This document shows positions 38,012 to 48,308 of a DNA stretch of 50,325 bases, piece by piece. Location: NCBI GenBank assembly GCA_002104905.1, contig MCFE01000642.1, positions 1-50,325 of the forward strand, given 5' to 3'. Under the pieces are notes generated by a model. That model was not told the origin of the DNA. It saw only the letters and a program-made list of their open reading frames with translations, and ran no database searches. Position 1 is the stretch's first letter. Each line of letters starts with the position of its first letter. The position numbers and the translations under genes are program-made. This DNA is from Basidiobolus meristosporus CBS 931.73 (Eukaryota; Fungi; Basidiobolomycota).

Positions 38012-38625
38012 CTAATAGTGTCCGCCATAGTATCTGATCTTGTAGTGACGACAGCCATACCCACTGTATTTCTTGTAGGGTCTGCCGCATCTGTGGGGGA
38101 AGTACTGAGGAATGATGACCTGGGACTGTACCGGTTGGGCTGGTTGGTACAACGTCTGGTCGAGGTGTTGGGCCTGATCGAACTGGTTCGACTTGGAGAG
38201 GGCTCCACTCTCTTGGGCTGAGTATCCGCGCATCTCATCCATGAAGTGCCCGCTTTGGCTGCATCCCAAACATGGCCATGTTCATGTCCATATCATGTCA
38301 TAGGGGTGTCTTTGTAGCTTTGCATCTCCATTGGGGTCGGTCTTCCTCCATGGAAGTGTCTTCTGGCTGCTCCATCATCTGGATAGCGGTGACGCTCTGG
38401 CATTGTCATCGTCATCATCATTGGCATCTGCTCTGACTCCATGTACTTTGGGGACCTGTGTGACTTGTATCTCATTGAGCATGAGCCGGACTGATACCTG
38501 CAAGCTGAAGTCTGGTAGGTGGTCTTGGCCACCGCGCTAACTCCAGTAGCAAGGTTATGCATTGGGGCGGCCAATGCGGACTGGATCAGGATGTATGAGG
38601 AGAGCAGAGAGAAGCTCAGTTGCAT
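38012..38625 (-). pseudogene. Secreted Met-rich family, copy D (frameshifted, or carrying consensus errors)
   Basis: Same sequence as the other copies, but with about five single-base indels between ~38245 and ~38385 (gctatccag, gaccgacc, gacatgatatg, gcacttcatg), producing a premature TGA. Confidence 0.7.
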
Positions 38626-39505
38626 GGTTAGGCTGGAGCTGATCAGAAGTTGGATGAGAAATGGTAAGGTCGAAAGCGGTCATTTTATGACCACCAGTTC
38701 TCATCAAGTTAGCTCTCCATGGGAAGGGGAATATAGTTGCATGGCGACAGATTACTCAATAGGCACATTTGGTGAATTAAACTCGCGTGGCGGGACAGGC
38801 GAACATAGAGGGCCAATATAACAAGCACAGGAGGAAGATAGCCGTGTCACAAGAGAATAGTGCATAAGCTCAACACCGCAACCAGCTCACTAGTAGTTGT
38901 ATTTTTATGTAGATCCCAAAAATAACTGATTCAAGTCACTGGGGCCGAGGTAATATGGCATACATATCAGTTAGAGGCCAAATGAAATATCATGGCAGGT
39001 TTATTGCTGATAAGGCAAATCACACTACTTCATATTAACCACACGCTTGTACTTGGGGGCTGGTATTCCTCCAACCACACAACTCTATCTGTTATCGCTC
39101 AACTGCATCCCAGGAGAATTCATTCTCTCCCAAACCAAACCATGATTAGAGCAACGTGTACGTCCGAATTCCCTGAAGAAGCAGCCCGTCGTCTGACAGG
39201 TCTCATTTACAGCGTATTTATTAATGGCAATGAACGTGATGGTGATATGAGCCATGTCTAGCTTCTGGGCAACGCATTTACTTGGTAGTAAAGGAGTAGC
39301 AACAAACATCCAAATATATAACATATCATTTCAAATAGCAATAGCATTTTTTACTTCTGCGTCTGATATTGAGCTACAAAGGCTCAACTCAGTTGAAGCA
39401 ACTGTTTCAAAAGTATCGAGATTGTGGTTTATTGGTTAACTTGTCAAACGGCACTATAACGCATCCCATCTACGCTGATCAGTTAAAATCAACTCGACCC
39501 TGAGG

Positions 39506-40138
39506 CTAATATCTGTGTCTGCCATAGTATCTGATCTTGTAGTGACGACAGCCATACCCACTGTACTTCTTGTAGGGTCTGCCGCATCTGTGGGGGAAGT
39601 ACTGAGGAATGATGACCTGGGACTGTACCGGTTGGGCTGGTTGGTACAAGGTCTGGTCGAGGTGTTGGGCCTGATCGAACTGGTTCGACTTGGAGAGGGC
39701 TCCACTCTCTTGGGCTGAGTATCCGCGCATCTCATCCATGAGTGCCCGCTTTGGCTGCATCCCAAACATGGCCATGTTCATATCCATATCCATATCCATA
39801 TCCATATCCATTGTCATGGGAGTGTCTTTGTAGCTTTGCATCTCCATTGGGGTCGGGTTTTCCTCCATGGAAGTGTCTTCTGGCTGCTCCATCATCTGGT
39901 AGCGGTGACGCTCTGGCATTGTCATCATCATCATTGGCATCTGCTCTGACTCCATGTACTTTGGGGACCTGTGTGACTTGTATCTCATTGAGCATGAGCC
40001 GGACTGATACCTGCAAGCTGAAGTCTGGTAGGTGGTCTTGGCCACCGCGCTAACTCCAGTAGCAAGGTTATGCATTGGGGCGGCCAATGCGGACTGGATC
40101 AGGATGTATGAGGAGAGCAGAGAGAAGGTCAGTTGCAT
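39506..40138 (-). CDS. Secreted Met-rich family, copy E (210 aa)
   Basis: Intact ORF with the longest (MD)n tract, PHRCGRP variant, ending ...YYGRHRY. Confidence 0.8.
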   Translation of the reverse strand: MQLTFSLLSSYILIQSALAAPMHNLATGVSAVAKTTYQTSACRYQSGSCSMRYKSHRSPKYMESEQMPMMMMTMPERHRYQMMEQPEDTSMEENPTPMEMQSYKDTPMTMDMDMDMDMDMNMAMFGMQPKRALMDEMRGYSAQESGALSKSNQFDQAQHLDQTLYQPAQPVQSQVIIPQYFPHRCGRPYKKYSGYGCRHYKIRYYGRHRY

Positions 40139-40799
40139 GGTTAGGCTGGAGTAGATCAGAAGTTGGATGAGAGATGGTAAGATCAAAGCAGTCATTTTAT
40201 AGAAATCTAGCCTCATCAAGCAAGCTTTTCATGTGAGGGGGAGTATGATAGCATGGCGACAGATTGCTCAATAGGCACATTTGGTTAATTATACTTGCGT
40301 GGTGGGATAGGTGATTGCATAGGGGCAATAATTCAACTTAGATCTACCAAACTACTTTTTTTGGTTGAAAAAAGCATTTAGGATATTGCCGCATAGTATA
40401 TGCCAAAAATACTCACTCCATGCTTTTGGCCCATTGACTTCCGGCTTTACCCACTTATCTGCATAGACAACATTCCAGACTGCCTACAGGTATCCCCATG
40501 AGAAATCTCACAGTTGGAATTCATTGGATTTTTAGCTGGTATTCTGATGGTATTTTGCTGGTATTCAGCTGGAGTTTCTGCATCACATTTCCAGTTGCAA
40601 TTTTTGGCGGAAGCACTGGGAAGCTGATTTTCAAATATGGTATGAATACAAGTAAGCCTAGTCTTCCCCTGGAAAGGATACTTGCTTGCCTGCTGTGAAG
40701 CTAGTACATGATACAGTGAGAGTTGTCACTCATTGGAAAGTTGGATTTCAGCTGATATTATGATGGTATTCTGCTGGCCTTTTCTTAGTTTTTTCTCTT

Positions 40800-41400
40800 A
40801 GGGATATGTCAACCAGTCTCATATATGTGGTTTACTCTGAGTCAAGAGTTTGGTATCAATTTTGTGTCTGTGGCAGTAATAATCAGGTTAGGATGCAGGC
40901 GTTGTACCAAAGGTTGACAAAGGCCACAAAATGTACTAAGTTGTATATTTCATCTGAATATTTTGCCAATACTGGCATGTATCTCATTGCCAGCAAGTCT
41001 GGATATTTTCTCCAAGTATTCACTATTGGGGCTTACCTTGAGTATTTTACCAAGATACTATATACTCAGCACCTATGAAGTAATTAAGCTGTTGCATAGC
41101 CTTCAAAATCTTCATGAATATTCTTGGGCCCCTCAAATATCTACAAGTATCTGGTGTAATCATCAATAGATGTGATCAACTACTTTTCTATACCAAGGGA
41201 TAAGTTTGTATAGACTGACATTGATTTGAGTCACAAGTATTAGAGATCAGAATATACACTAACTGATCTATGCCCAAGTAAAGAAGCTGAGAAAAGGTGT
41301 GCACAATACTATCATAATAATAGCTGAATTCCAAGTGTCCCAAATCTGACAGCTCTCAACATCTCAGATACTAGTTGTTGGGGAGACTAGTAGACAAATC
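40800..41400 (-). mobile_element. Highly degenerate Ty1/copia integrase relic (antisense)
   Basis: Minus-strand fragments resembling GHL, LVYSDL and TSIDDYTRY, with many stops and CpG depletion. Confidence 0.5.
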
Positions 41401-41599
41401 TTTCAAGCAGAGACTAGGCCAGCTAGCATATATGCAAATTTGGTAATCAGCTGCTCCCTATGTTCATCAAGAATTGCAACTGAAAACAGAAAGGACAAAC
41501 ACCAGCTGATTACCAGCAGAGTACTATTAGTATACCAGCAGGATACACACTAAAAGTCAGATGCATTTCAAGTCTGAGATTTTCAAAGGGTACACTCCA

Positions 41600-41845
41600 T
41601 CATATCTGGAAGCCAGTATATATAACTGAAGTAAGGAAGCTTCAGTGCTTTAGCACAAAAGATTAAAACTCATCAGCTTGAATATTTGAGAAAAATGATC
41701 CAAAATTAGTTAGTTTGTGAAGTAAAAATCAATCTTCCAGTTAACCTGGAGCACTGAGAAACTTGTATATATTAGAAATAAGCTGTACAACTGTTCAAGA
41801 GTTTGATGTTAATTAAAGGTAAGAAAAACCCAAGTCTAGTTCACA
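41600..41845 (+). mobile_element. Older copia GAG-pre-integrase fragment
   Basis: Aligns by eye with 43771-44005 (gaagcca...gctttrgcaca...gtaaaaat...ttcaagag...tagttcac) but is more decayed. Confidence 0.55.
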
Positions 41846-41925
41846 GTAAGCTTTGTAGAGCTATGCAACATTTGTTGTTAAAGTTTGTAATTCCACCTAG
41901 ATATTCACCTAGCTTAATCACTTAG

Positions 41926-42273
41926 TGTTGTAAGAGTCTTGGAGATATTGGAAGTGATTGGGAGAGCAAGTAGATTATGAGGTTTTTACTGAATGCTTTA
42001 TTCAATGTAAAAGTAGTATTTATATGTTTACATGGTTTTGGCATAAAGAACAGATAGAGTAGGTTAAGGAAAGTCCCAAGAGCATGTGTGCAAAGATTGG
42101 GGCTGTAGGAACAACTTTGAGAACTTTGATGTTCTGGGTGTTTGGCATTTGGTGAAAATATTCTAAGTAAATCCCAACCAGGAATTTGGTCAGTATTCTC
42201 TAGGATTTGAAGGTAATGATCTAAGCTACTAAGTTAGGTGAGTATATAGGTGGAATTACAAATTTTAACAACA
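41926..42273 (-). mobile_element. Solo LTR (348 bp) inserted antisense into the 5' LTR of a same-family element
   Basis: TG...CA ends, reverse-complement match to the host LTR, perfect 5-bp target-site duplication CTTAG at 41921-41925 and 42274-42278. Confidence 0.9.
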
Positions 42274-42557
42274 CTTAGATCACTACCTTCAGATCCTAGA
42301 GAATACTGACCAAATTCCTGGTTGGGATTTACTCAGAATATTTGCTCAGAACATGAAAATCACATAGGTTGTCCAAACAGCCCCAAATTTTGCACACATG
42401 TTCTTGCAACCTTCCTTAACCTATTCTACATGTTTGTAATGCCAAGACCATGTAAAAGTATAAATACTACTTTTACATTCAATAAATCATTAAGTGAAAA
42501 CCACATAATCTACTTGTCCTCCCAATCACTTCCCATATCCCCAAGACTCTTACAACA

Positions 42558-42567
42558 GGTTATGAGC
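42558..42567 (+). promoter_or_regulatory. Primer-binding site of the copia/Ty5 type (tRNA-iMet anticodon-stem half primer)
   Basis: GGTTATGAGC immediately after the LTR end ...ACAACA, as in Ty5 and Drosophila copia. Confidence 0.8.
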
Positions 42568-45106
42568 TCCAGCTGTCACTCTCTGCAATGTTTACTACTG
42601 CTATTACTGGAATTTTTCCCTCTGCTGAAAAGTTGGATGGATCTAACTACCAAGTGTGGAAGGTGAAGATGAAGATGCTGCTAAAGGAAAGGGGCCTATA
42701 GGATATTGTGATGGGAGAAGAATGCCCTCCTAAAAATGTGGGAGAGAAATCCTTAAAGTGCCAGAAGAAAGAACAAAGTGCCTTTAACTGTATTTGCCAT
42801 AATGTCAAAGACAAATTGCTAATTCAATGCTCAAGAGCAAAAACAGCAAAGAATGCTTGGAAGGCACATACCAGTCATGTTCAGCTGCCAAGAAAATCTA
42901 TCTTAGACAAAAATTCTTTACTACAAAGAAGCTGCCAGGAGTAGAAATTAAAATTCTAATTAACAGAATTATTCTGCTGGTGGATGAGATGGGATCTATG
43001 TGCACACCAACCACTGATGAGGATATTATAGTAATCATCATGAGTAGCCTGACAGACAAGCTTCAGGGCCTTGTATCAGCCCTAGAGTCCAGAACTGTTG
43101 ATTAGACCTTAAATTACATATAAGGAAGGCTACTGGATGAAGATTTAAAAAAACCAAGTGCCAGTAAGAAGGAAGAAGAAAATGCATTTATAAGCAATGA
43201 TAACCAACAAAGGAGATACCCAAGACCTTTTAAAGGCAGTAGCAACCTGTTTTGCAACTGCTGCAAAAGGAAAAGACTCACATCAGATCAGTGCTTGAAA
43301 AAGAGATAGTCTGCTGAAAAAGCCTGATTATGGAAATGCTGCAACAACTGAAGATGGATTTTTCAGATCTGCATTAAATATGACCGCAAACAAGGATTCT
43401 CAGTAGTGGTATGTTGACTCTGGAGCATCTCAACACCTCATGTACCAAAAAGTACTTTTTACCCATTATCAAGAAATTCTATTTGAGAAGGTTTTCATGA
43501 GTGACAGTAGAACAGTTGATTCAGTGGGAGAAGGAACCATCCAAGTAAGCCTTTGAAGCAGTGAAGGAAGCCGTACACTCACCTTTAAACAAGTACTCTA
43601 TGTATCAGAAATAGCCAACAACCTACCATCTGTAAGCAAGGCCACAGTAGAAGGACTCAGTTTCAACTCTGACAATTCTGGATGCAGGATCACTGATCAA
43701 AATGGTGCTCATATTGCTTTGGGTATCAGAGATCAGAATCTGTATAGGTTGACTTATATTCCATCATATCCGGAAGCCAATATAAGTAGCTTAAGTAAAG
43801 AAACACCAATGCTTTGGCACAGGAGATTTGGACACATCAATTTGATTATTTGCGCAAAATGTTGAAAGATCAGCTAATTTCTGGAGTAAAAATTGATCCC
43901 CCAGCTAAATTGAAGCAATGTCAAGCCTGCAAATATGGGAAACAAGCCAGACAACCATTCAAGAGCTCTGGGTTAATCAAAACTAAGAAAAAATTAGATC
44001 TAATTCACTTAGATATGTTTAGACCTATGCAAATTTATCCTTAGGCAGCATGACATATTTAATTACCTTGACTGATGGTTATACAAGAAACACATGGGTC
44101 TACTTCATGAAAAGAAAGGATGAAGCTCTGTCTAAGTTATCTAAAGTTTGCAATCTTTTGTATAACCTTAACAACTGATACATTTTGAGTAGCCCATGTT
44201 TGTGCATTCAGTGATTTCATGCCTAGAGAAGGGTTGTGAACACAATTGTGTCTTAATATCTATGCTAACACTTGGTGTAAGGGATTACTCACTGATGTTA
44301 TCAGACACAAGCCATCATCACTCAGAATTCAGAAATTATGGAATTAAGAAAGTAAATATTAATTGTATGTATTTCCATGGTATAGACAAGTGGCAACATA
44401 TGTAAGTGCAAAACAAATATTGCAAGTTTGCATATTCCCTTTATTAGTAAAATACCTCTACATAGTATATTAAATGTAGGAACAAAGCCCACACATATGT
44501 AAGGATAGCCTTAGATATAAAGCATTATTGGATATCCTAAGAAAGCTACCTTTTAGGCTAAGATAGTGACCAATATCTGCCATATTAGGAGACCTCTGGA
44601 ATAATGTGAATCTATAAGAGCTTCAGAGTTTAGACCAACAGAACAATGAACAAAATACAAATACAGAAGTACTTCAGGAAATCAGCAATCAATCCTTACC
44701 AAGCACCAACAAAACTAATATTTACAGTATGCCCAATGTACTGCCAAGTACTGATTTACAAACAAACCAGTTATGCATCTGCTTTGCAAAGTGTACTCGA
44801 GAGGATTATTAGTCCTGTTTGAATTGAGGATCCTGATGCATTACAAGGAGTTTTAGTGCGGACTTGATTAGCATTATTTGAAAATTTGGTAATGCAAAGT
44901 AGAGCAGATTGCAGATCAATAGAGTCTGCACATGGGATACCCAAGTGGTGATCACATATGTGCAACAAGTCATTGCAGATGATGTAGTCTTTGCTCAGAG
45001 TGCTACAGAGGCGTTACAAGAACACTACATCTATATATACTCGGTCTTGGAAGTAGGAACATCCGTAAATACACAACTTTGTTCTATCTTTCAACTAGCC
45101 TACCAG

Positions 45107-46900
45107 ATGAGACATACTGATATCAACAGTGGTTGCACTGCTTTTAGTAGAATACCAGAGACTAATCGCAAAGATCAGCTTCACATTGACCCATTTGACA
45201 AATATCTATGTGCCCAAAGTGAGCACAAGCTGAGGGAAAAAGGGCTAATATCACCTCTGGGTTTCTCGTCATTGGTTGTGCCAGTACGTGCGCAACTAGG
45301 GGATGACGCCTTGATGTCAGCTGCCGAGTTCGGCATCCGCCAGATTGTCACGTTGGGTGTAGGACTGGATTCACGAGCATTTCGATTAGTGCTTCCTTCG
45401 GATCTGGTCTTCTTCGAGATGGATACCCCAGAACAAATAAAGGTGAGTACCGACCGTATAGTTGGAGATAAGCTGAAGTCGACCTGTTGTAGAATCAGTG
45501 TGGCTGTCGACCTTACCCAAGACTGGGCAACCTCCTTGCGTGATGCTGGCTTCAATACTCAAAAGAGTAGTTTGTGGATTATTGAGGAATTTCTTCCCTA
45601 TTTGGATAAGGCAACTGTAGATAACTTGCTTAGAACTGCACGGGACCTATCTGCGCCTGGAAGCCGACTGTGGTGCGATCATATTCACCCAGACATCTTA
45701 GCCTCAGCTGAATATGCGCCACTTAAAGCAAGCCCTGACAAATCGAGGGTTCGCTCGTGCAGCACGTGGGCAAATCCAACCTGGGAGCTGGAAAGAAATG
45801 GATGGAATGGCCATGCATGGTTGCTCAATGATCTTACTAGCACATGGCCTGAGAATCCGCCACCCTTATGGATGTCACCCATTCCGGACACTTTCGACAC
45901 CTGCTTTCACTGGATAATCTTTGCGACGGTAAGCGAAGCTGAATCCTCAATGCCAAGCAATACACAGAGGATACACGAAATGTGCCGGGGCTTGAAAGAA
46001 ACTCCAAAGAATCTACCCATCAAGTTTATTTATGACTCCTACGGCAGCATGCTCTTCGAAGCAGTAACCCGGGTGCCTAGCTACTATATAAGTCATGCTG
46101 AATGTGAGATTCTTACTCGTTACATTTCAAGCATTGGCCAAGACATCCATCCCCGCTCCCTTGTTGAGCTTGGTTCTGGTAATTCTATAAAAACCCAAAT
46201 AGTATTGGACTTCTACCACAAAGTGAGGTCTCCTTTGCATTACATTGCAATGGATATCAGCTCCGAGGCTCTGAGAAATGGCGTCGATTCGCTAAGCTCC
46301 AAATATGCTGGTCTCGATATAAAGACAATAGTGGGCGACTTTGACGGCGCCGTCAAACTGAACATCATCAATAGACCTGCACTTATCACGTGCTTTGGAA
46401 GCACTATCGGAAATCAATTACCTGAGCAACGTCATAACATGCTGTCCCAAATCTGGGCTCAGATGCACCATGGAGATGCCCTTCTTTTGGGTGTGGATCT
46501 GGTCAAGGATACGCAAGGCATGGTTTCTGCCTATCAGGACCAGAATGGGACCCTAGCTGCCTTTTGTAAGAATGGCTTGACCGTCCTCAACTATGAACTA
46601 GGAGCTGACTTCAAGTTGGAGTCTTTTGAGCACGTTACCACCTGGAACTCACAGCTTCGGCGGGTTGAGAATTGCCTCTTGGCGTGTCATCCTCAAACTA
46701 TTACTCTCTCCAAGCCAAAGACAACGGTGTCTTTTGCGAAAAAAGAGCCGCTGACAGTTGGAATATCGTACAAGTTCTCCCAAGAAAGCCTGCGCTCTGA
46801 GCTCAGAGCCGCTGGGTTCGACCTAACAAGATGGTGGACTGACGCACAGGGTTGCTACGCAATTGCTCTGAGTTTCCCTGTCCAGCCCCCCACATTTTAA
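45107..46900 (+). CDS. Intronless fusion: LCM/Rv0731c-like SAM O-methyltransferase plus EgtD-like (Methyltransf_33) amino-acid N-methyltransferase, about 597 aa
   Basis: N-domain DPFD, GIRQIVTLGVGLDSRAFRL, FFEMDTP, VAVDLTQDW...AGF, LSAPGSRL. C-domain PKNLPIKFIYD..GSMLFE, YY...E.EIL, LVELGSGNSIKT, MDIS, GSTIGN, LLLGVDLVKD, LGADF, SYKF, WWTD. ATG chosen downstream of a TATATA at ~45030. Confidence 0.85.
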   Translation: MRHTDINSGCTAFSRIPETNRKDQLHIDPFDKYLCAQSEHKLREKGLISPLGFSSLVVPVRAQLGDDALMSAAEFGIRQIVTLGVGLDSRAFRLVLPSDLVFFEMDTPEQIKVSTDRIVGDKLKSTCCRISVAVDLTQDWATSLRDAGFNTQKSSLWIIEEFLPYLDKATVDNLLRTARDLSAPGSRLWCDHIHPDILASAEYAPLKASPDKSRVRSCSTWANPTWELERNGWNGHAWLLNDLTSTWPENPPPLWMSPIPDTFDTCFHWIIFATVSEAESSMPSNTQRIHEMCRGLKETPKNLPIKFIYDSYGSMLFEAVTRVPSYYISHAECEILTRYISSIGQDIHPRSLVELGSGNSIKTQIVLDFYHKVRSPLHYIAMDISSEALRNGVDSLSSKYAGLDIKTIVGDFDGAVKLNIINRPALITCFGSTIGNQLPEQRHNMLSQIWAQMHHGDALLLGVDLVKDTQGMVSAYQDQNGTLAAFCKNGLTVLNYELGADFKLESFEHVTTWNSQLRRVENCLLACHPQTITLSKPKTTVSFAKKEPLTVGISYKFSQESLRSELRAAGFDLTRWWTDAQGCYAIALSFPVQPPTF

Positions 46901-46926
46901 GAATAAACATCCACAAAGTTGCGATT

Positions 46927-47017
46927 ACTCTTGAATATATGCATCCAACTGCACTCTGGAATATATGCATCCAACTGCACTCTTGAATATATGCATCCAA
47001 CTGCACTCTTGAATATA
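46927..47017. repeat. 26-bp tandem repeat, about 3.4 units (ttgaatatatgcatccaactgcactc)
   Basis: Units start at 46931, 46957 and 46983, with a partial unit at 47009. One mismatch in unit 2. No spacers. Confidence 0.92.
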
Positions 47018-47215
47018 CACATATCAATACACTGCACATTTAGTTCAGGAATTTGTAATCAGAGTGGATTTCATTGAAAAGATTTATTGAAACCCGCTTG
47101 AACATCTAACGACAGTGGTTGAATACACTCTTCAACTAGTACCGCTTGATGTTCTATCTCTGTTGATTATTTCTTGATCTAAGCCGCGATAGCACAAGCA
47201 TCTCTGGGTTGAAGT

Positions 47216-48308
47216 TTACACTCGTTGAACAGCTACATATGCGCTCATCAAATATTCATCCTCCGAGCTGGCATAGTACAAGCGTAACTTGCGGAAGTAT
47301 TCATCTACAAAGTGAACCATTATGGCTTCATTTGCAAAGACCTGGCGTTTCTTCAAACCGGCTAGTATTTGTGGGTAACATGCCGCTTCCATTATATCCA
47401 TTCCAGCCTCTCCCTTGTTGAAAGGCTCCGTAAATATGCGCTCAGCGTAGCTCACCAAACGTAGAGTAGGAACAAGGCTCAAGGCCCGATAGATGTCTTC
47501 CTTTGATCTACAGAAAACTGCGACGCTTGTGGTATCAAGGAGCTTAGGATTAATGTTGGCCTCATTGATGTGGTGTTGCCAAATATCATCCATACGCTTC
47601 AGACAATCATAGCGCTGTATCACGGAAGTTACAAGGTGACCTCCAATTGACAGCTCAGCTGAACGACTGGCAAAATATGAGACTAACTCTCGATGGCCTT
47701 CGTCGCGAATCAGGTTGGCTTGAGAAGCATTAATCTCAGCTGACGCAAAGGTTAATGGACGATCCATAGTCACCGGAATAGTATGTAGCCAATGAACACT
47801 ATTAAAGCAGACACCTAGGTCAATGCTTCCACTTGGCACACACTGCGTGAAGAAAGACTTAGCACTGAGCATGGTTAATACATCCACCGCCGGGCTACCA
47901 GTGATAAAAGTATGATTTAGGTAGGACAAATCGGGATTGTCCAAGCACTTCAGCAGCTCTCCAAAGTCGTTATTTGGAAGATCGTTATGGTAGACATGGA
48001 TTGTTAAGTGTTTGTTGCCCTCCAATTCCTGAAGGGAACTCAGGATGCCATTCACCACAGCCATGGAATTGGCCCCATGGCTACATCCATAGTCCCCAAT
48101 AGTGAATGTTGTTTTTGTATTGCGAGGCACTGCAGACAGTTCTTTCATCAATGCTTGAGCTATCAACAGTCAAAGAAAGTCTGTACTTACCTAGCTTCTT
48201 CAACACTGAGATTCCATGCTCATTCATCTGAGCCTGTAGCGAGGAGCTTTTGTTATAGCTCATCATTGGTTGGATCATGGAGTCACACGTTGTGAAATCT
48301 GGTATCAT
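47216..48308 (-). CDS. SABATH-family (Methyltransf_7) carboxyl/N-methyltransferase; putative 31-nt intron at 48160-48190
   Basis: SYNKSSSLQ, IGDYGCSHGANS, YHNDLPNNDF, KSFFTQCVPSGSIDL, NSVHWL, FASRSAELSIGGHLV. The start could be 48308 or 48266. Confidence 0.85.

Larger units (their letters stand above)
41873..44800 (+). mobile_element. Truncated, inactivated Ty1/copia retrotransposon (5' LTR, PBS, gag, PR, IN; no RT or 3' LTR seen)
   Basis: LTR TGTTGT...ACAACA (41873-41925 plus 42279-42557), gag KLDGSNYQVWKVKMKMLLKERGL*, decayed zinc knuckle CNCCKRK...DQC, protease WYVDSGASQH, WHRRFGH, CQACKYGKQARQPF, LDLIHLD, TDGYTRNTWVYFMKRKDEA. Many stops and frameshifts. 3' limit approximate. Confidence 0.9.

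Noticed and set aside
44909-45106. 66-codon N-terminal extension of the 663-aa ORF
   Set aside because: It starts at a non-ATG codon, lies in CpG-depleted TE-like DNA, and contains the likely TATA. Homology begins only after ATG 45107.
45107-46900. Ergothioneine biosynthesis gene (egtD/EGT1) call
   Set aside because: There is no sulfoxide-synthase domain or neighbour, and the His-binding residues appear substituted.
46927-47017. CRISPR-like array (26-bp repeats)
   Set aside because: The repeats are head-to-tail with no spacers, there are no cas genes, and the context is eukaryotic.
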